Source: a virus
Virus record (IMG/VR): IMGVR_UViG_3300010885_064671
Reading direction: 5' to 3' (one strand)
Length of the DNA: 64,000 bases
The stretch's first letter is position 1. Each line of letters begins with the position of its first letter. Below are positions 39,597 through 52,700 of this stretch, one piece after another. A program made the position numbers and the translations under genes. Under the pieces are notes generated by a model. That model saw nothing but the letters and a program-made list of their open reading frames with translations. It ran no database searches and was not told where the DNA came from.

Positions 39597-40001
39597 TTAA
39601 ACGCCGCCCTCTAGTAACTTCACTTTTTTTTCTATCCTTGATACAATAGCAGATAGCCTGTTCATTTTGCTTAAATTTAATACAATTTCAGAAGGAGTAT
39701 TTATACCATACACATCCTGATAGTAAACTTTTATATCTGTTAAATTATAGAATAACCCATCACTTAAAGATTCTTGATCTGTCAAATTAGTCAAATTGCC
39801 TACAAAATTTTCTGACAATAAATTTATATCTGATTCGCTTTTAGATAAAGAATTATTAATCTTATTGATGTCTATTAGAAAAAAATTTGCTTCCCTATTT
39901 TCATCCACACTACTTCTATGGCCCCTATATTTTTGTCTGTTTTTAGTGAAGACTGGCTGAAGTAATAATTTATTTATTTTTTTAGAAAATGTTTTTGCCA
40001 T
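39597..40001 (-). CDS. Hypothetical virion-cluster protein
   Basis: ORF. Confidence 0.5.
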   Translation of the reverse strand: MAKTFSKKINKLLLQPVFTKNRQKYRGHRSSVDENREANFFLIDINKINNSLSKSESDINLLSENFVGNLTNLTDQESLSDGLFYNLTDIKVYYQDVYGINTPSEIVLNLSKMNRLSAIVSRIEKKVKLLEGGV

Positions 40002-40041
40002 ATTTGTCGCCTTTTAGTATAGTAGTAAATATCAAAAATTT

Positions 40042-42165
40042 TTATAAGTCTTTATGTTTAAACTTTATTTTTAAAGAATCTAATTTAGGAGCAGAAAAAG
40101 GATTATTAAACCTAGCAAAATCGACCCTATATCTTATAGCCGCAGGTGCATATGCTGCTTCTTTTGAGATATAACTAAACCTAGACAGACTACTAAGAGG
40201 GGAAGATGCAAGTATTTCCTTCCTTCCGTATGGTGCGTCAATTGTAAAGTATAAATTATCATCCATATTTCTATTCATAAAATTAAATTTGTCCAAGTAA
40301 AAAAAGTAGTCAGTAAAGATAGAACCATACGTCGATAGATTTTCGCCCTCAATAAGACTAAACGATACCGGCCCAGATACTGGCTTATCATAGGTAATAA
40401 CTATCTCATTTAAACCTTCTACTAAATCCCACTGAATACTTTGATCTAATTTTCCTGCTGGCAAATTAGCTATATTTAATCCATTAAGATATATAGCTAA
40501 GTTAAAACTGTTTATAGACTTTACTACATCGCCTCTTATTGTTATTGGTTTATCAGTAATAATTTTAGTTTTTATATAACCAGAAGAAGGAGAGTTAATA
40601 CCCGGAGCAATATTGCCCAATTGTTCGGTTAGATTATTTGATAGCAAATTGTTGTCTAAACTATTGATTTCCTTAATCCAAGTATCTGTATCCTGGTATC
40701 TAGATAAAGCACCATCGAGCGTATAATAATGCTTAAACGAGTCCGTGTTTCCAAGTAAAACTGGATTATTATAACTTTCTTCTAAGCTTAAAGCTGCAAT
40801 TCTATATACCTGTTTACCTGTGTATATCTTTGTGGTCGGATTAAGATCATTAATATTTTTAGCATCTGTGCTTATCGGTATAAACCCTAACTGATTTGGC
40901 TTTGGAGTTTGCGAGATATACACAATATTCTTTGTTGAACCATTAAAATTGACAACAGAAGGAAACCCAGCATTTTCTGAACCAGAAGGAGATATGGGAA
41001 TCCAATTAAAATCTGATATAGAAGTTGCCTTTGAGTTATCTTGTGAAACATAGTATTGGATTACACCATCATTAATAAATTGCTCCTCTACGGAAATTGA
41101 AACAGCATCAATAAATATTTGCTGGTTAGTATTCTCCGGGAGACTTATAGGCTTAGATACTATTGTCCCTGTCTTAGCGACCGTATTAGAGCCTATTATT
41201 AGATCCCTAAGACCCATCCTATAAACATATGGTGATAAAGAATTATTGTCTATAAAATCAGGTTCATTTTTTACCATTGTTAATTCTATATTAGAATAAT
41301 TTTTTGGTTTAATTGAAAAAGAAAAAGAACTATAATCAGATGTAGATGATTTAATATAAAAATCATCTGGAGATCCATCAGAATATGAGACCCTCAATTG
41401 CATGATCACCGGAGAAGACGTGGATAGATACCCTTCCACCTTGGAGATAATAGCACTGCTAGATATTGGGATACTTATACCTACAGAAACTGGCACTGGT
41501 GCAACTGTTCTATGTTCTTTCATCCAGTAAGTATCATTTAACCCATCAAAAATATTATTAAAATCTGTTGCATCTACGACTGAGCTTACCTTAACACCAT
41601 TTTCATATAGTGATATTGAAGGAGTTAAGTTAGACAGATTATCTACCGCAAAAATAGTATACCTATCAGAGACCTGGGGGCTCATGGAAGCAGAGCCCAA
41701 ACCCACATCTACGTATCCAGTGCTAAAAAAAGTATCAATATTTAAAATTGAAGAAAAATTTTCTGTATATGAATAAAAATATCCATCAGTATTATTATTT
41801 GTAAATAATAAATCATCGATTTTAGATTCTAACATTTTTCTTCTATTTTTTAAATTATCAACAATCCTATTAAGGGCAGTAACAACGCCAAATAGTTCAT
41901 CATTATTCTCTAAAATTGTATCATATAATATATCTATGTTATATAAATTATTTATCATTATCTCGTTAAGCAGATCTGCACTCGTTGCTCTGGAAGATTG
42001 CAGGGCCACATAATCTATACCTACAGGAAAACCTGGTTTATTTGTAGTGAACCAATCACTAAATGCCTTTTTGATTTGCTGATCGGTAGGTTTTACGCCA
42101 CTAGAATAAAACGATTTATAAATATGCTCAAGAAGTCTTCTTTTTTGCACTGTGGAAATGTTCAT
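40042..42165 (-). CDS. Virion structural protein
   Basis: ORF in structural cluster. Confidence 0.55.
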   Translation of the reverse strand: MNISTVQKRRLLEHIYKSFYSSGVKPTDQQIKKAFSDWFTTNKPGFPVGIDYVALQSSRATSADLLNEIMINNLYNIDILYDTILENNDELFGVVTALNRIVDNLKNRRKMLESKIDDLLFTNNNTDGYFYSYTENFSSILNIDTFFSTGYVDVGLGSASMSPQVSDRYTIFAVDNLSNLTPSISLYENGVKVSSVVDATDFNNIFDGLNDTYWMKEHRTVAPVPVSVGISIPISSSAIISKVEGYLSTSSPVIMQLRVSYSDGSPDDFYIKSSTSDYSSFSFSIKPKNYSNIELTMVKNEPDFIDNNSLSPYVYRMGLRDLIIGSNTVAKTGTIVSKPISLPENTNQQIFIDAVSISVEEQFINDGVIQYYVSQDNSKATSISDFNWIPISPSGSENAGFPSVVNFNGSTKNIVYISQTPKPNQLGFIPISTDAKNINDLNPTTKIYTGKQVYRIAALSLEESYNNPVLLGNTDSFKHYYTLDGALSRYQDTDTWIKEINSLDNNLLSNNLTEQLGNIAPGINSPSSGYIKTKIITDKPITIRGDVVKSINSFNLAIYLNGLNIANLPAGKLDQSIQWDLVEGLNEIVITYDKPVSGPVSFSLIEGENLSTYGSIFTDYFFYLDKFNFMNRNMDDNLYFTIDAPYGRKEILASSPLSSLSRFSYISKEAAYAPAAIRYRVDFARFNNPFSAPKLDSLKIKFKHKDL

Positions 42166-44084
42166 ATCTGCTTAACCTTAGCTGCCAATTTGTAAGAGTA
42201 GATAATCGGAGCCAGATTTGTAGATCCTTTTACCAGTCTAAGCTTAACTACTATACTCTTTACTTGTTTAGGTATATTATATACCACTTTGTTAATAGTA
42301 GCTTTTGGAGAGTTCAGATACATTACCCCAGGAAGCTTAAATCCTTCTGCTATATTTTGATTAAAAGCTATTATTTCTGGTATAGAAGATCCAGATACAA
42401 CACCGTATGAATACCCCTCTTGGACAGGTGATATTTCTATATACTTTTCGCCATCATCTACTGATATGAAAGCTTGTATATACCCACCTGTACTCGCAAT
42501 TACACTATGGTTACTTTCTATGTCAAGCATTATTGATTCAACTGGAAGATCAAAATTGTAAACCTTAGAAACTATTTCTGCCGTGCTTTCGTATTCCTGG
42601 TAAGATAAACCTATATCCCTTATCCCTATGGACATTCTTTTAGCTGGAAGAATTTCTTGGTTAATTTTTAATGGGATAGAAAATGTTTCCTCTGAAAGAC
42701 TAGAAGAATTTTTTTGGTTATTTGATAATATAGATACTGCAATATTTTGATTTAAGATATTGTCTTTTTTAAAAATATTAGGGTTAGTCAACATGGGCAC
42801 TACGAGAGTCTTATCATAGCTAACTTTATTATACAGATCCTTACTCAAGGTTTCTGGGTTAAATCTTGACGACCCATGGAATGGGCTATTGTCTAAGTTT
42901 CCAAATTCATAATTAGTAGACCAGTAATTATGAGCTATTTCTACATCTTGATAATAAACTTGCTCAATAATTACTCTACATTCCTTTACGTTTCTTTCAG
43001 AGAAGAAAAATGTACCTGAGTTCAAAGAGTAGTTTCTGAAAGATTCGTTAGTTAAATATTCTAAAGAAAAACCTATATAAAATTCTGAATCTAAAATATT
43101 TTCTGTTACACCCGCAGTATCAGTAATTTCTATTTTTTTTATCTTTATAATTTTAGATGAATCAAAATAAGGAAGTATCGTAATAGAATTTGCCTTCTGA
43201 GATACTCCAGATTCTATCAGAACGTCTAACACTAAGGGCTCTTTCATGTCATGCTCTGACCAATTAATTAAACTATTTTTTTCTGCATTGACAAGCGTTG
43301 TGTCATCGACTATGTAGCTGAACTCTAGCTGACTTCTGTCCACACCATCAGATTTTTCCACATTTAATGCCTCGTACACAAAGTATGATGCTGGATTTGA
43401 ATCTACAATATTTAAAACATTAGAAGAACTTGGAGAATTAAAAAAATCGTATTCGTAATTCAAACCAGAAACAACATTTTGTTTTTTTATAGCCACATTA
43501 TTATTGCCTATAAAACCATTAGATTTTAAAACACTAACTTTATTTGGCGACCAAGCTTTTGAACCATTTTTTATACGAACAGTTGCAGAACCGTTTGTTA
43601 TCATTGGATTTTGATTTACATTAACTTTAGAATAATTTATATAGTCTGCGTTTTCAAATGAATCTCCATTATATACAATGTCATTTGCTGGGCTAGAGCT
43701 ATACAATTGCAGAATTTTTGTTTTTGAAAAAATTCTTTCTGAATATTTTTTTTCATTTTCCACTTCTGAAGTAAATAAATTAAAAACACTTATTGCTTTA
43801 GCGCTTAAAAAATCTAACTGCTTAGCAGAAACGTTTATGTCATCCATGAGAGTATTAATATATTTATTCATTTTTACAGAAGATGGCGGTTCTCCTTTAG
43901 TAAAAAGTTGTAATTGCGATTTAGGGGAATTAACCTTATCGTATACGTCGACTAGAGTTTTATTAAAATCATTTAAAATATCTTCTTTTGTGACGTATTC
44001 TCCTTTATTGTATCTATTTAATATGCCTGATATAGCAATAGCCACTTGATCATATATTAATGTTATTGGAGAAAGTTGAGTCAT
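42162..44084 (-). CDS. Virion structural protein
   Basis: ORF in structural cluster. Confidence 0.55.
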   Translation of the reverse strand: MTQLSPITLIYDQVAIAISGILNRYNKGEYVTKEDILNDFNKTLVDVYDKVNSPKSQLQLFTKGEPPSSVKMNKYINTLMDDINVSAKQLDFLSAKAISVFNLFTSEVENEKKYSERIFSKTKILQLYSSSPANDIVYNGDSFENADYINYSKVNVNQNPMITNGSATVRIKNGSKAWSPNKVSVLKSNGFIGNNNVAIKKQNVVSGLNYEYDFFNSPSSSNVLNIVDSNPASYFVYEALNVEKSDGVDRSQLEFSYIVDDTTLVNAEKNSLINWSEHDMKEPLVLDVLIESGVSQKANSITILPYFDSSKIIKIKKIEITDTAGVTENILDSEFYIGFSLEYLTNESFRNYSLNSGTFFFSERNVKECRVIIEQVYYQDVEIAHNYWSTNYEFGNLDNSPFHGSSRFNPETLSKDLYNKVSYDKTLVVPMLTNPNIFKKDNILNQNIAVSILSNNQKNSSSLSEETFSIPLKINQEILPAKRMSIGIRDIGLSYQEYESTAEIVSKVYNFDLPVESIMLDIESNHSVIASTGGYIQAFISVDDGEKYIEISPVQEGYSYGVVSGSSIPEIIAFNQNIAEGFKLPGVMYLNSPKATINKVVYNIPKQVKSIVVKLRLVKGSTNLAPIIYSYKLAAKVKQI

Positions 44085-44094
44085 GTTTTCGTTC

Positions 44095-46788
44095 TTAACT
44101 GTTTGATATAACTTTGGTTAATTTATCGTAATATGGATCATAATTTTTTGTTTTTGCCTTTAGCAATACCGCATCTACGGATCCAGAATATGTGGTATCG
44201 GGTATGTTCTTCCTTATTATTAACCTAAACCTTATAGTATCTGCCAAGTAATCATAAGATACTATAACATCTCCAATAACTGGTTTATTAAAGATAATAT
44301 TTCTTCCATTTTGTATAAAATAATATAAGGAATTTGAACTACGGAATTGCGGGAAGATGTTACTCCCAGTATAATTTGTCAAATTTATAGCATAAGAACC
44401 GTCTGGCATTAGCACCTTAATCGGAGAGTACCCATTTTGATTACCCTGGAAAATTGTTCCAATTAGCTCGCTGTATATTGCGGTATCTAGACCATTTGTA
44501 TTAACGTATGGCATATTGCTTAGTTTAATTCTGCCAGATGAATCGGTACCACTAAACAATTCCCCGGGAGAACTGCCATCGTTGGCTGATTTTAATGATT
44601 CATTTAATAAACCTAACCTTAGAAAATCTAAGTTATCCACATCATATAAAGATAAATTTATATAATAAGAACATGCATAAATAGAATTTTTAATAACATT
44701 TTGCAAAATAATATCTCCAGATGGAAGTATTTTGTATTCTTTTGCATTTATGGGTATTCCATTTTTATATAATTTAAATGTATCCGGCCTTAATGGAAAT
44801 CTGGTCTTAGCAGAAAAGCTTTGCTCATCAAAAAATAAAACTTCTGAATCAATAAGGCTAACGCCAGATTCACAAATTGGTATCCAATTTTGCTCGCTTC
44901 TTATGACGTCTTCATTCGAGATGGACACCTCATACGATACCGCATTCTTTAGATTTAGATTTTGATTTAGAATATTAAATTCGTTAGCGTTCTTTACCAG
45001 TCTACATTTGATCGCCATAGGGTAACCATTAAAAGGAATCTTCCTGCTGACAAAACAAGCTTTTACATTTTCCGAAGGAATAATTTCACAAAGATCAATT
45101 GATTTTATAGAGAATGAATACTGATAGCCATCAACATCTGCGGTGTTAAGTAGTGTCTTTAGTAAATCATTTTTCCATTTATATTTTAGTGGCTTATTAT
45201 CAGAAATTTGATTTGGAATATTGTTTATATTTTGGGTTACTAGAAATCCCATTTTGCTAAAATTAAAACTTGAATTTATATTTGAATCAGAATTAATATA
45301 AACTGAATTCTCAAAAATTTCCCCTCTATCACCGATGGCGGTAGAAAAAAGATTTCTAAAAAGATCTGAAATCATATTATTTGGCAAGATGCTTGTTGAA
45401 TCCATCGAAAAATTTTCATACAAGTAATCATTATAACGATTTACTGAAGAGAAGGTTTGATCAATGCACGGGTATTTATATGTATAATAATCATCTATTT
45501 TATTATATGAATTCCTTGTAATTTTTTTATAATCATTATTATTTAGAAACACATTATACGCTAGATTTTGAATCTTATCAGTATTGCTATTCTTTATAGT
45601 TTTAATAATTTTTGCAGTGTTATATAATCCTACCCCATTAACTTCACTTTTTATTGGGCTATTTTTTGTTCTAGTATATGTTTGTTGATTTAATATTATT
45701 ATTATCTTACTTACTGAAGTTTTTGTAAACATAATTTCCGTATTTGAATTTATTATTCTTGGCTGTGACAAAACCCCATACTCCACATTCCCTTCAATCG
45801 GCAGAATGGTAATATCATCATTGTCTTCGAGATTTAGTGGGTCAGAATTTACTTCCCAAACAGTTGGATCTAAACCGGAAACTAAAACTAACTGCATTAA
45901 CTGCAAATTTTCTCCTGAATTAGGAGTTATTACTATTGAGTCCATACTTACGGGATATGCTAGTGTTATCTCTATAGCTGTTTGTGCCCCAGTTATATAT
46001 TTTGTATCATATGGTATATATTTAGAGTATCCTGATAATTTAGATGTCAAAATGAATGGAGATTTTACAGTTACACTCCAAGAATCAGTATACACATCAT
46101 TGTATACAGATTCAAAACCAGTATCAGTAGTTTTATATGAATCATAATTTGTAGTGATGCTATAATCATCTACCAAATTAATATAATTTTTTCTTGAAAT
46201 ACTATTACCTATTTTAAATAGGCCCAATTTTGTATCAATAAAACCATTACCGTCAGAATTAAATAAATTTCCATCTCTATCAAATAGATCAAAATTATAT
46301 CCATCTGATCTATAATCATTCATAAAATTGTCAAATTTTTCTACATAATTAGAATTAAAAAGATCATCTTTACCAGATATATATTCATAATTATCTATAA
46401 ATGTTTCTAAGGTTTTAATATCTTTTTCTACTTTTTCTATTTCAGAAGAAAAAATATCAATCATTGAATTAATTAATAAATTCACTGTATTTGCAGATGC
46501 GTAATGAGATTTTACCCTTAAATCTATATCTTTAAATATATCAACCAATATTTGTTTATCTAATTTATCAAAAGACTTTATAGTTGTAGTCGAAAAACCT
46601 GTATCAATTCTAAAAGAATTCAACCTGGATACTAGGCCAGGTATATCTTGTTTACTTTGTTTCATCTCACTAATTAAGGATGAAATTGTAGACTGTGTAT
46701 TTTTGGATAATGTATTGATTATAGTTGGAAGAAACTTATTCATAAGTTTTAGTACTCCATGTGATAGCATCTGGATTTTGTATCTCAA
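44095..46788 (-). CDS. Virion structural protein
   Basis: ORF in structural cluster (true start may be internal). Confidence 0.55.
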   Translation of the reverse strand: MRYKIQMLSHGVLKLMNKFLPTIINTLSKNTQSTISSLISEMKQSKQDIPGLVSRLNSFRIDTGFSTTTIKSFDKLDKQILVDIFKDIDLRVKSHYASANTVNLLINSMIDIFSSEIEKVEKDIKTLETFIDNYEYISGKDDLFNSNYVEKFDNFMNDYRSDGYNFDLFDRDGNLFNSDGNGFIDTKLGLFKIGNSISRKNYINLVDDYSITTNYDSYKTTDTGFESVYNDVYTDSWSVTVKSPFILTSKLSGYSKYIPYDTKYITGAQTAIEITLAYPVSMDSIVITPNSGENLQLMQLVLVSGLDPTVWEVNSDPLNLEDNDDITILPIEGNVEYGVLSQPRIINSNTEIMFTKTSVSKIIIILNQQTYTRTKNSPIKSEVNGVGLYNTAKIIKTIKNSNTDKIQNLAYNVFLNNNDYKKITRNSYNKIDDYYTYKYPCIDQTFSSVNRYNDYLYENFSMDSTSILPNNMISDLFRNLFSTAIGDRGEIFENSVYINSDSNINSSFNFSKMGFLVTQNINNIPNQISDNKPLKYKWKNDLLKTLLNTADVDGYQYSFSIKSIDLCEIIPSENVKACFVSRKIPFNGYPMAIKCRLVKNANEFNILNQNLNLKNAVSYEVSISNEDVIRSEQNWIPICESGVSLIDSEVLFFDEQSFSAKTRFPLRPDTFKLYKNGIPINAKEYKILPSGDIILQNVIKNSIYACSYYINLSLYDVDNLDFLRLGLLNESLKSANDGSSPGELFSGTDSSGRIKLSNMPYVNTNGLDTAIYSELIGTIFQGNQNGYSPIKVLMPDGSYAINLTNYTGSNIFPQFRSSNSLYYFIQNGRNIIFNKPVIGDVIVSYDYLADTIRFRLIIRKNIPDTTYSGSVDAVLLKAKTKNYDPYYDKLTKVISNS

Positions 46789-49700
46789 ATGATACGCCAG
46801 CAGTAATATTCCTATTAACTATATCATATATTTCTTGTATATCATTAAAATTGTCTTTAACTGAATCTGGCATTCTTATTACCGTATACCCTCCCCTTGG
46901 GTATGCCTTTGGGTTAATGGAATACATGTCCCAATAAGTATCGGAACCATGAATTGAATCCATACTTACCCTGGATTGAGCGTCTGCTGTTATGCCTCCA
47001 CCTCTTACTCTAATATCATAGATATTAACAGATGATTTTTTATCAGAATTTGATATATATACAACCCCGAGCATCAAAGCAATAGGGTTATAGGAGTAGG
47101 AGTACTGATCAAAAATATTAAAATCATAAGTAAAATGAACAGGATATGAATTAACATAATTAATTAATGGTTTCCTGCCGGAAATAAGTGCATCATTTTT
47201 TGTATTATCTGATATATGCATTGGTGTATCGTTGATATCTATTTTAGTTGGCAACAAATATATATAGATTGGTTTATTCTCATCTATAGTTTTTGAATTT
47301 AAAAATGTATTAAGAGGAACCTCTTGCCCCTCGACCTGATATATCCAAGCCGCTGTATCTTTAATCGTATAATTAACTTTGATAAGATTTTCGTTAGAGG
47401 AAATTATTTGATTATCAAATTCTATATAACCATTTTCTGCATCTATATCGAGAATTTCAGTACGAGGAATTTTTACCCATGATGAGGTTTGATCCGCTCT
47501 GATATAAACATCTACAACTGGTACTATAGCGGGGATTAAAGTATCGGTATCTTTTTCTACCGGGACAGCTACAGATAGGATTGGAAAATGACGAAGTTTT
47601 ATTTTCTTAGAAGAAATAACTATAGGAATTTCGTTAACTATATCTTTGCACCCTCTGCCATAAATTCTAGAAAAATTCTCAGAAAAGGATCCGACAGATG
47701 TATCGTAAGTGCAATATAGCGTTTGATTTATATACTTTGATTTCCAATCAGTAAATATATGTTTATTGGATAAAGTAATTTCTTTATTAAAAGAACCCAC
47801 ACTTACCTTTAGCGGCCATGCTTCGTTCTTTCCTACGGATTCATTCATGTCAACTATTTTTATTGCTGAAGAATTATTATATTTTACCGAATAAACTGGG
47901 GCAATCATTTTGGGGTTAATGGTTACAGGTTTAAATGAATTTGTACTTTGAGCACCAACGTAATTTATTAAAGTATCCACATTTCCATCTGCATCAAAAG
48001 CCATAGCTGATATATATATATTATTTATTCCTCTTGTTATTAACTCTCCATAAGTAACTAATTTACCTATAAATTCTTTTTCTTTTTTATCATAAAATCC
48101 ATATATAAATCCATTTTCCTCTAGCAACTTATTGGTTATAGAAACATAACCATAGTTAATATCAAATTTTTTGCTTGGGTCAGAAACTGCAGCGGTTACT
48201 ATACCAGCTCTTACATTTTCTGGAGATGGAATTCCAATTGGTTTTCCAGAAGAATCACACAATAATACAACTCCATCATTTGACGTGATAGAACTAACTT
48301 TTTCTATATTTTGACCAGCTACAGTTATCAGTGAATAATTATCTATTATTTCTTCTTCGGATATATAAGTTTTTGAATTGCTATAATAAGTAGCTGACGT
48401 AGATAACTTAACGCCCGTACACTGGACAACGCCACCCTGTATCGGATTTGGTATGTCGCCATGATATGTAGTTGTAATTGCTGTAGCAGGAGAAATTGCA
48501 GTAGAGCCGATGGAAGAAGTTACGTTAGATAATTCTACAGAGGTATCTTTGTCAAGGGTTACCGAAGACGGTTGAGAAAAATCAACAGTTATACCATTGT
48601 TAATTATGTTATTTATTTCAGCTGTATTTTGCTGTACTAAATTATTTACCAATTGATTTAAAGCTGTATTATTAGCTATAATTGGTGTGTCAAATGTTTT
48701 GAAATACTTTTTTCCCAAGTAAGAATAACTTATACTTCTTAAGAGTACATTTTTTCCAGACAAATATTTCTGATTATATTCAATCGATAAGGAATTCATG
48801 GATGAAAGATTTGAAAAATTTTCAGTTAAATCAGCAATTGCGTTTATATAAACATCCGCAGTACTAACTATATCCTTATAGCCTATTGTTCTCGACTGCT
48901 CTGTAATAGTTTTTACTACAGAAGTTATTTGCGTTGAACCATCTACTGAATTAACACTGAATAAATTAATTATATTTTCTGTCCATTTACCATCAGCGTT
49001 ACTCCATCCATAAAACTTATCCGGCAGTGTTGCGTAAAGAAGGTACTTGTCGGAAATACAAACTAATTTGCCGTTGCTCCATGAAAGATTCTTATCTGGA
49101 TAACCATTTTCATCTGTTAGCCAAAAGCTAGCTAGTTCATCAGATTCTGGAGCAACAATATCCGGAAATGCTTGATAGATTTTCTTATCATTAAATAAGG
49201 TATTTGTTACGTCATCTGGCGGTGTTGTAGTCGTACTCGGTGCCCCTGGTGTAATCGTATCCGGTAGACGGATAGTTAATTGAGCGGTAACCATATCTGC
49301 GGTTATTGCCTTTATACCAAACCCTTCAGCCAATGTCCCATACTTACCACCTAATTGCTTACCGTTAGTTTGCAATCTAACATAAACGTATCTACAATCT
49401 TTTGTCGATACAGAGGATGGGTCTATCTCGATAACGCTATTAACCGGAGCCTTATTTAAGGTTTTATGAATTTTATATGAAGTGTGAACACTTGCTGCTG
49501 CGATTTTTTTTGTTCCGCCCTGGGTTGGATCGGTGCTTGAATAACCATATGTTAAAGCCACAACCTTATTCCAGGGAGCTTCATCTAAAGTAATTCTTAT
49601 TTTTTTTACTTTCTCATATTTTTCTGGTTGTGGAATACTAAAAAATATAAAATCTTCTACAGTTGAAGGAGAATTAGACACATTACCAGTAAAAGAAATT

Positions 49701-52700
49701 CTTCTAAAAGGACTTCCGGAATTAATCTCTGATACATCTATTTGCTTAAAAACTGCTGCTGGAAACTGAGGTATAGCATATTGCCCAGCCAGATCTACAA
49801 CTCTTTGATAGTATTGTGGTTCATGTTGCTGCCAGAATTTTAGCACATACGCCATTAAGGATTTTGTTTCGCTATCTACCACACCATCTGGTGGATAAAG
49901 CAACTTGATTCTAGGGACCAAACCAGCAGCGCCACCGATTACATTGCCAGTAGAACACTTAGTCTGGAATGTTTTTACTGCAGTGCTGAGCGCGGCGGTG
50001 TATGTGTTGTTATCTTCTGCCTTCAATAGCATCTTATATAACCCTGCTACATGCATTATAATTTTTATATATCTTACGTATGGATGCTTTGCTCCAACAC
50101 GCCAAGTTGCTACTGGATAACCATCTTGAGCAACATCTATATCCCAAGTGTAATTAAAGTTTTTATAATTAACATTACTTATATCAGTTAATATTGATTC
50201 TTTTCCTGAAAAAATCGATGTGCATGGGACGTCAATTACATTGGCGCCACCTGTTGTTACGGTTTCACCAGGAGTAGTAGTCTCGCTTCCAGCAGGGGTG
50301 GTAACTGAATCGTGACTTTGAATCAAACTATTTACACCAGAATGATTTCTTGTTACAAATCCATAAACTTTTACAGATCTCATTTCTCCAGTACCCTTAT
50401 AGATTAAATTAAGCCTAGTCTTTTGAACACCGTTGAAGGCTATAACTCTTTCCTCTGTTGATATTCTTGAATATTTTGTAGCAAATCTGAAAGGATAAGA
50501 CTTGAAATACGATGCGGGACTGATAGAGGTGTTTATAGACCTACTACCACCCACCTTGTACTCCCCAATTTCCCTAAGGGCATAAGGTCCATATCCCTCT
50601 GGGATCTGTATATTATTAGATTTTTTTTCTGTAAAGGCAAAAAGTTTTTGATTTTTATCTGGTATTTTATATAAACTATAAATTGATGGAAAATTTTCTA
50701 AAACTACATTTGTTATTTTTATAGTTGATAACGAACCAATTGAAGATGGAGTAGATGCTATAACGTCTGAATTAGTTATTTCTATGTAGAAATCTGTACT
50801 GTTATCTATGACGCTATCATTATACAGGTGAGCTGCAACTGAACTTGGAAGTGTTTCTGAAACTTTTTTTAGATAATATTTTTTAATCGAATCGTCTTCA
50901 GATATTAAATCTCTTGCATAATTTATTGGATACTGCGGAGATTCGCTCAAAGAATTAATGAGTAATGGCATATTTGTAAAGTACTTTGTTTTTTCATCAT
51001 CCAGCAATGCAGACTCGTCCATAACCCATGAAGACTCCCACGGGCCAACAAAATTATACAAAGAAGATCGCACGTCCACCAATCTAGTGGCCTGAGACCT
51101 ACTATATAGCCCGTATAATACACTGTTATACAATAGCTTAAAGGGACCCTCTACAAAACCGGGCATTTGCCCATAGTCATCCTGCTCGTAAGATGATAAA
51201 TCGACGTTTGCATTAGCGACGTTTACCAATTCGGACATTCTATATACACTATTGCAATATTCTAAAAACGAAAATGAAGTAAATATTATGTTTCCTTGAT
51301 TAAGTTTATCTCCTGTGGAAGCAAAGCTAAAAGTAGCACCAGCAGCACCATAGGAAGTGGAACTTAAACCCACCTTTAAGAACACCTTACTAAAATCTAA
51401 TGTATCTATCTTTCTAAATTTTGTTTTCTTTATACCATAAACACCATAAGTTTCATTATTAAAAATACTTGGATCTATATTCCATCCGCCAGTAGTCTTT
51501 TCGTCAAGCACCGAAGATTCAACATAATCGACATATTGCTCCACCACTTGAGTAGCTATATCTTCTGATTTTATTTTAATCTCACTAAAGACAAACGGCT
51601 TTCCCCCAGGGTAGTTAGATGCGTCGACTATAAGTGTTCCATTTTTTATGGTAACAAATTCTTTTATTACATTTGATGCGTGTTCAGACAGTTCCTTTGT
51701 GGGACAAAAAGCCAAAACATCAAATTCATTTAGATTACTTACTGCATTTATATCTACCATCCAATAATATGCATTATTTTTTTCAGGTTTACTGCCTTCT
51801 ATAGATTGAACCCAGGTAGCATTTTCAACATTTGGATTTTGAAAAATGTAGTTAGAAAGATTAAATGAAGATTTTTGTAATCTATAAAATATATATGGTT
51901 TAATATTTTCCAAAGAAGTTGTGTCTAGTGAATCATATAGAACACCTACATTTACCACCCTCTGCTTTATCGCACCAGACGCTTCAGCATTAGCGGAGTT
52001 ATCTACAATGTCAAAGTTAACTGGTTGGTTTACCCTGGCAACTAATCTCCAGTTAAATGCTTCATAGTTTCTATTATCGAACAAAGCTTTACGCGGTACA
52101 AATACCTGATAACTACTATAGTCTAAATTGTGGGAAAATATTTCTGAATATTTCTTATTAAATTTTTTAACAGAAAATACTTTATTATTATTTTTTGATA
52201 TAACAGATGCTTCCTCTGCTGTTTCATTATAATAATTTACTGCATTTATTGTTTCCATATATCTTAAGTTTTGGGAAATGACTAGACCGTATTTATCACA
52301 CTCTACTTTGTCGTAAACCAATTTAAGATTTATTGGGTTTGATGCATCTAGGCAGACGACAACCCTATAGGGTATCTCTACATTGGTCGAATTTTTTTCA
52401 GTTATATATGGATCTAGTAGTATTTTATACTTTTTTCTTCCTGTATTTTTGTCTACGTATTCTTGATTTTGAGAATCAAGAACTCTTATATTTACATTTT
52501 TGTAAAAAGACATGTCATTATAATCAGACATATCTGTTATTGAATATCCTGCGGGAGCGGCAATAAAAAATCTGCTAACGTAATAAAAATGCAAAAAATC
52601 TGTTTCATTAATTTTATCTGGGAATAGTCTTTCCGTAGTATAGTTATTGGAAAGTTGGGTGTCGCTTATTGTTAAGTCTTTAGTGTGAAAATTGGTATTT

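Noticed and set aside
46736-46788. Possible frameshift between large ORFs 44095..46788 and 46736..52936
   Set aside because: No CGG junction and no zero-frame break inside a domain; simple gene overlap or misannotated start is more likely.
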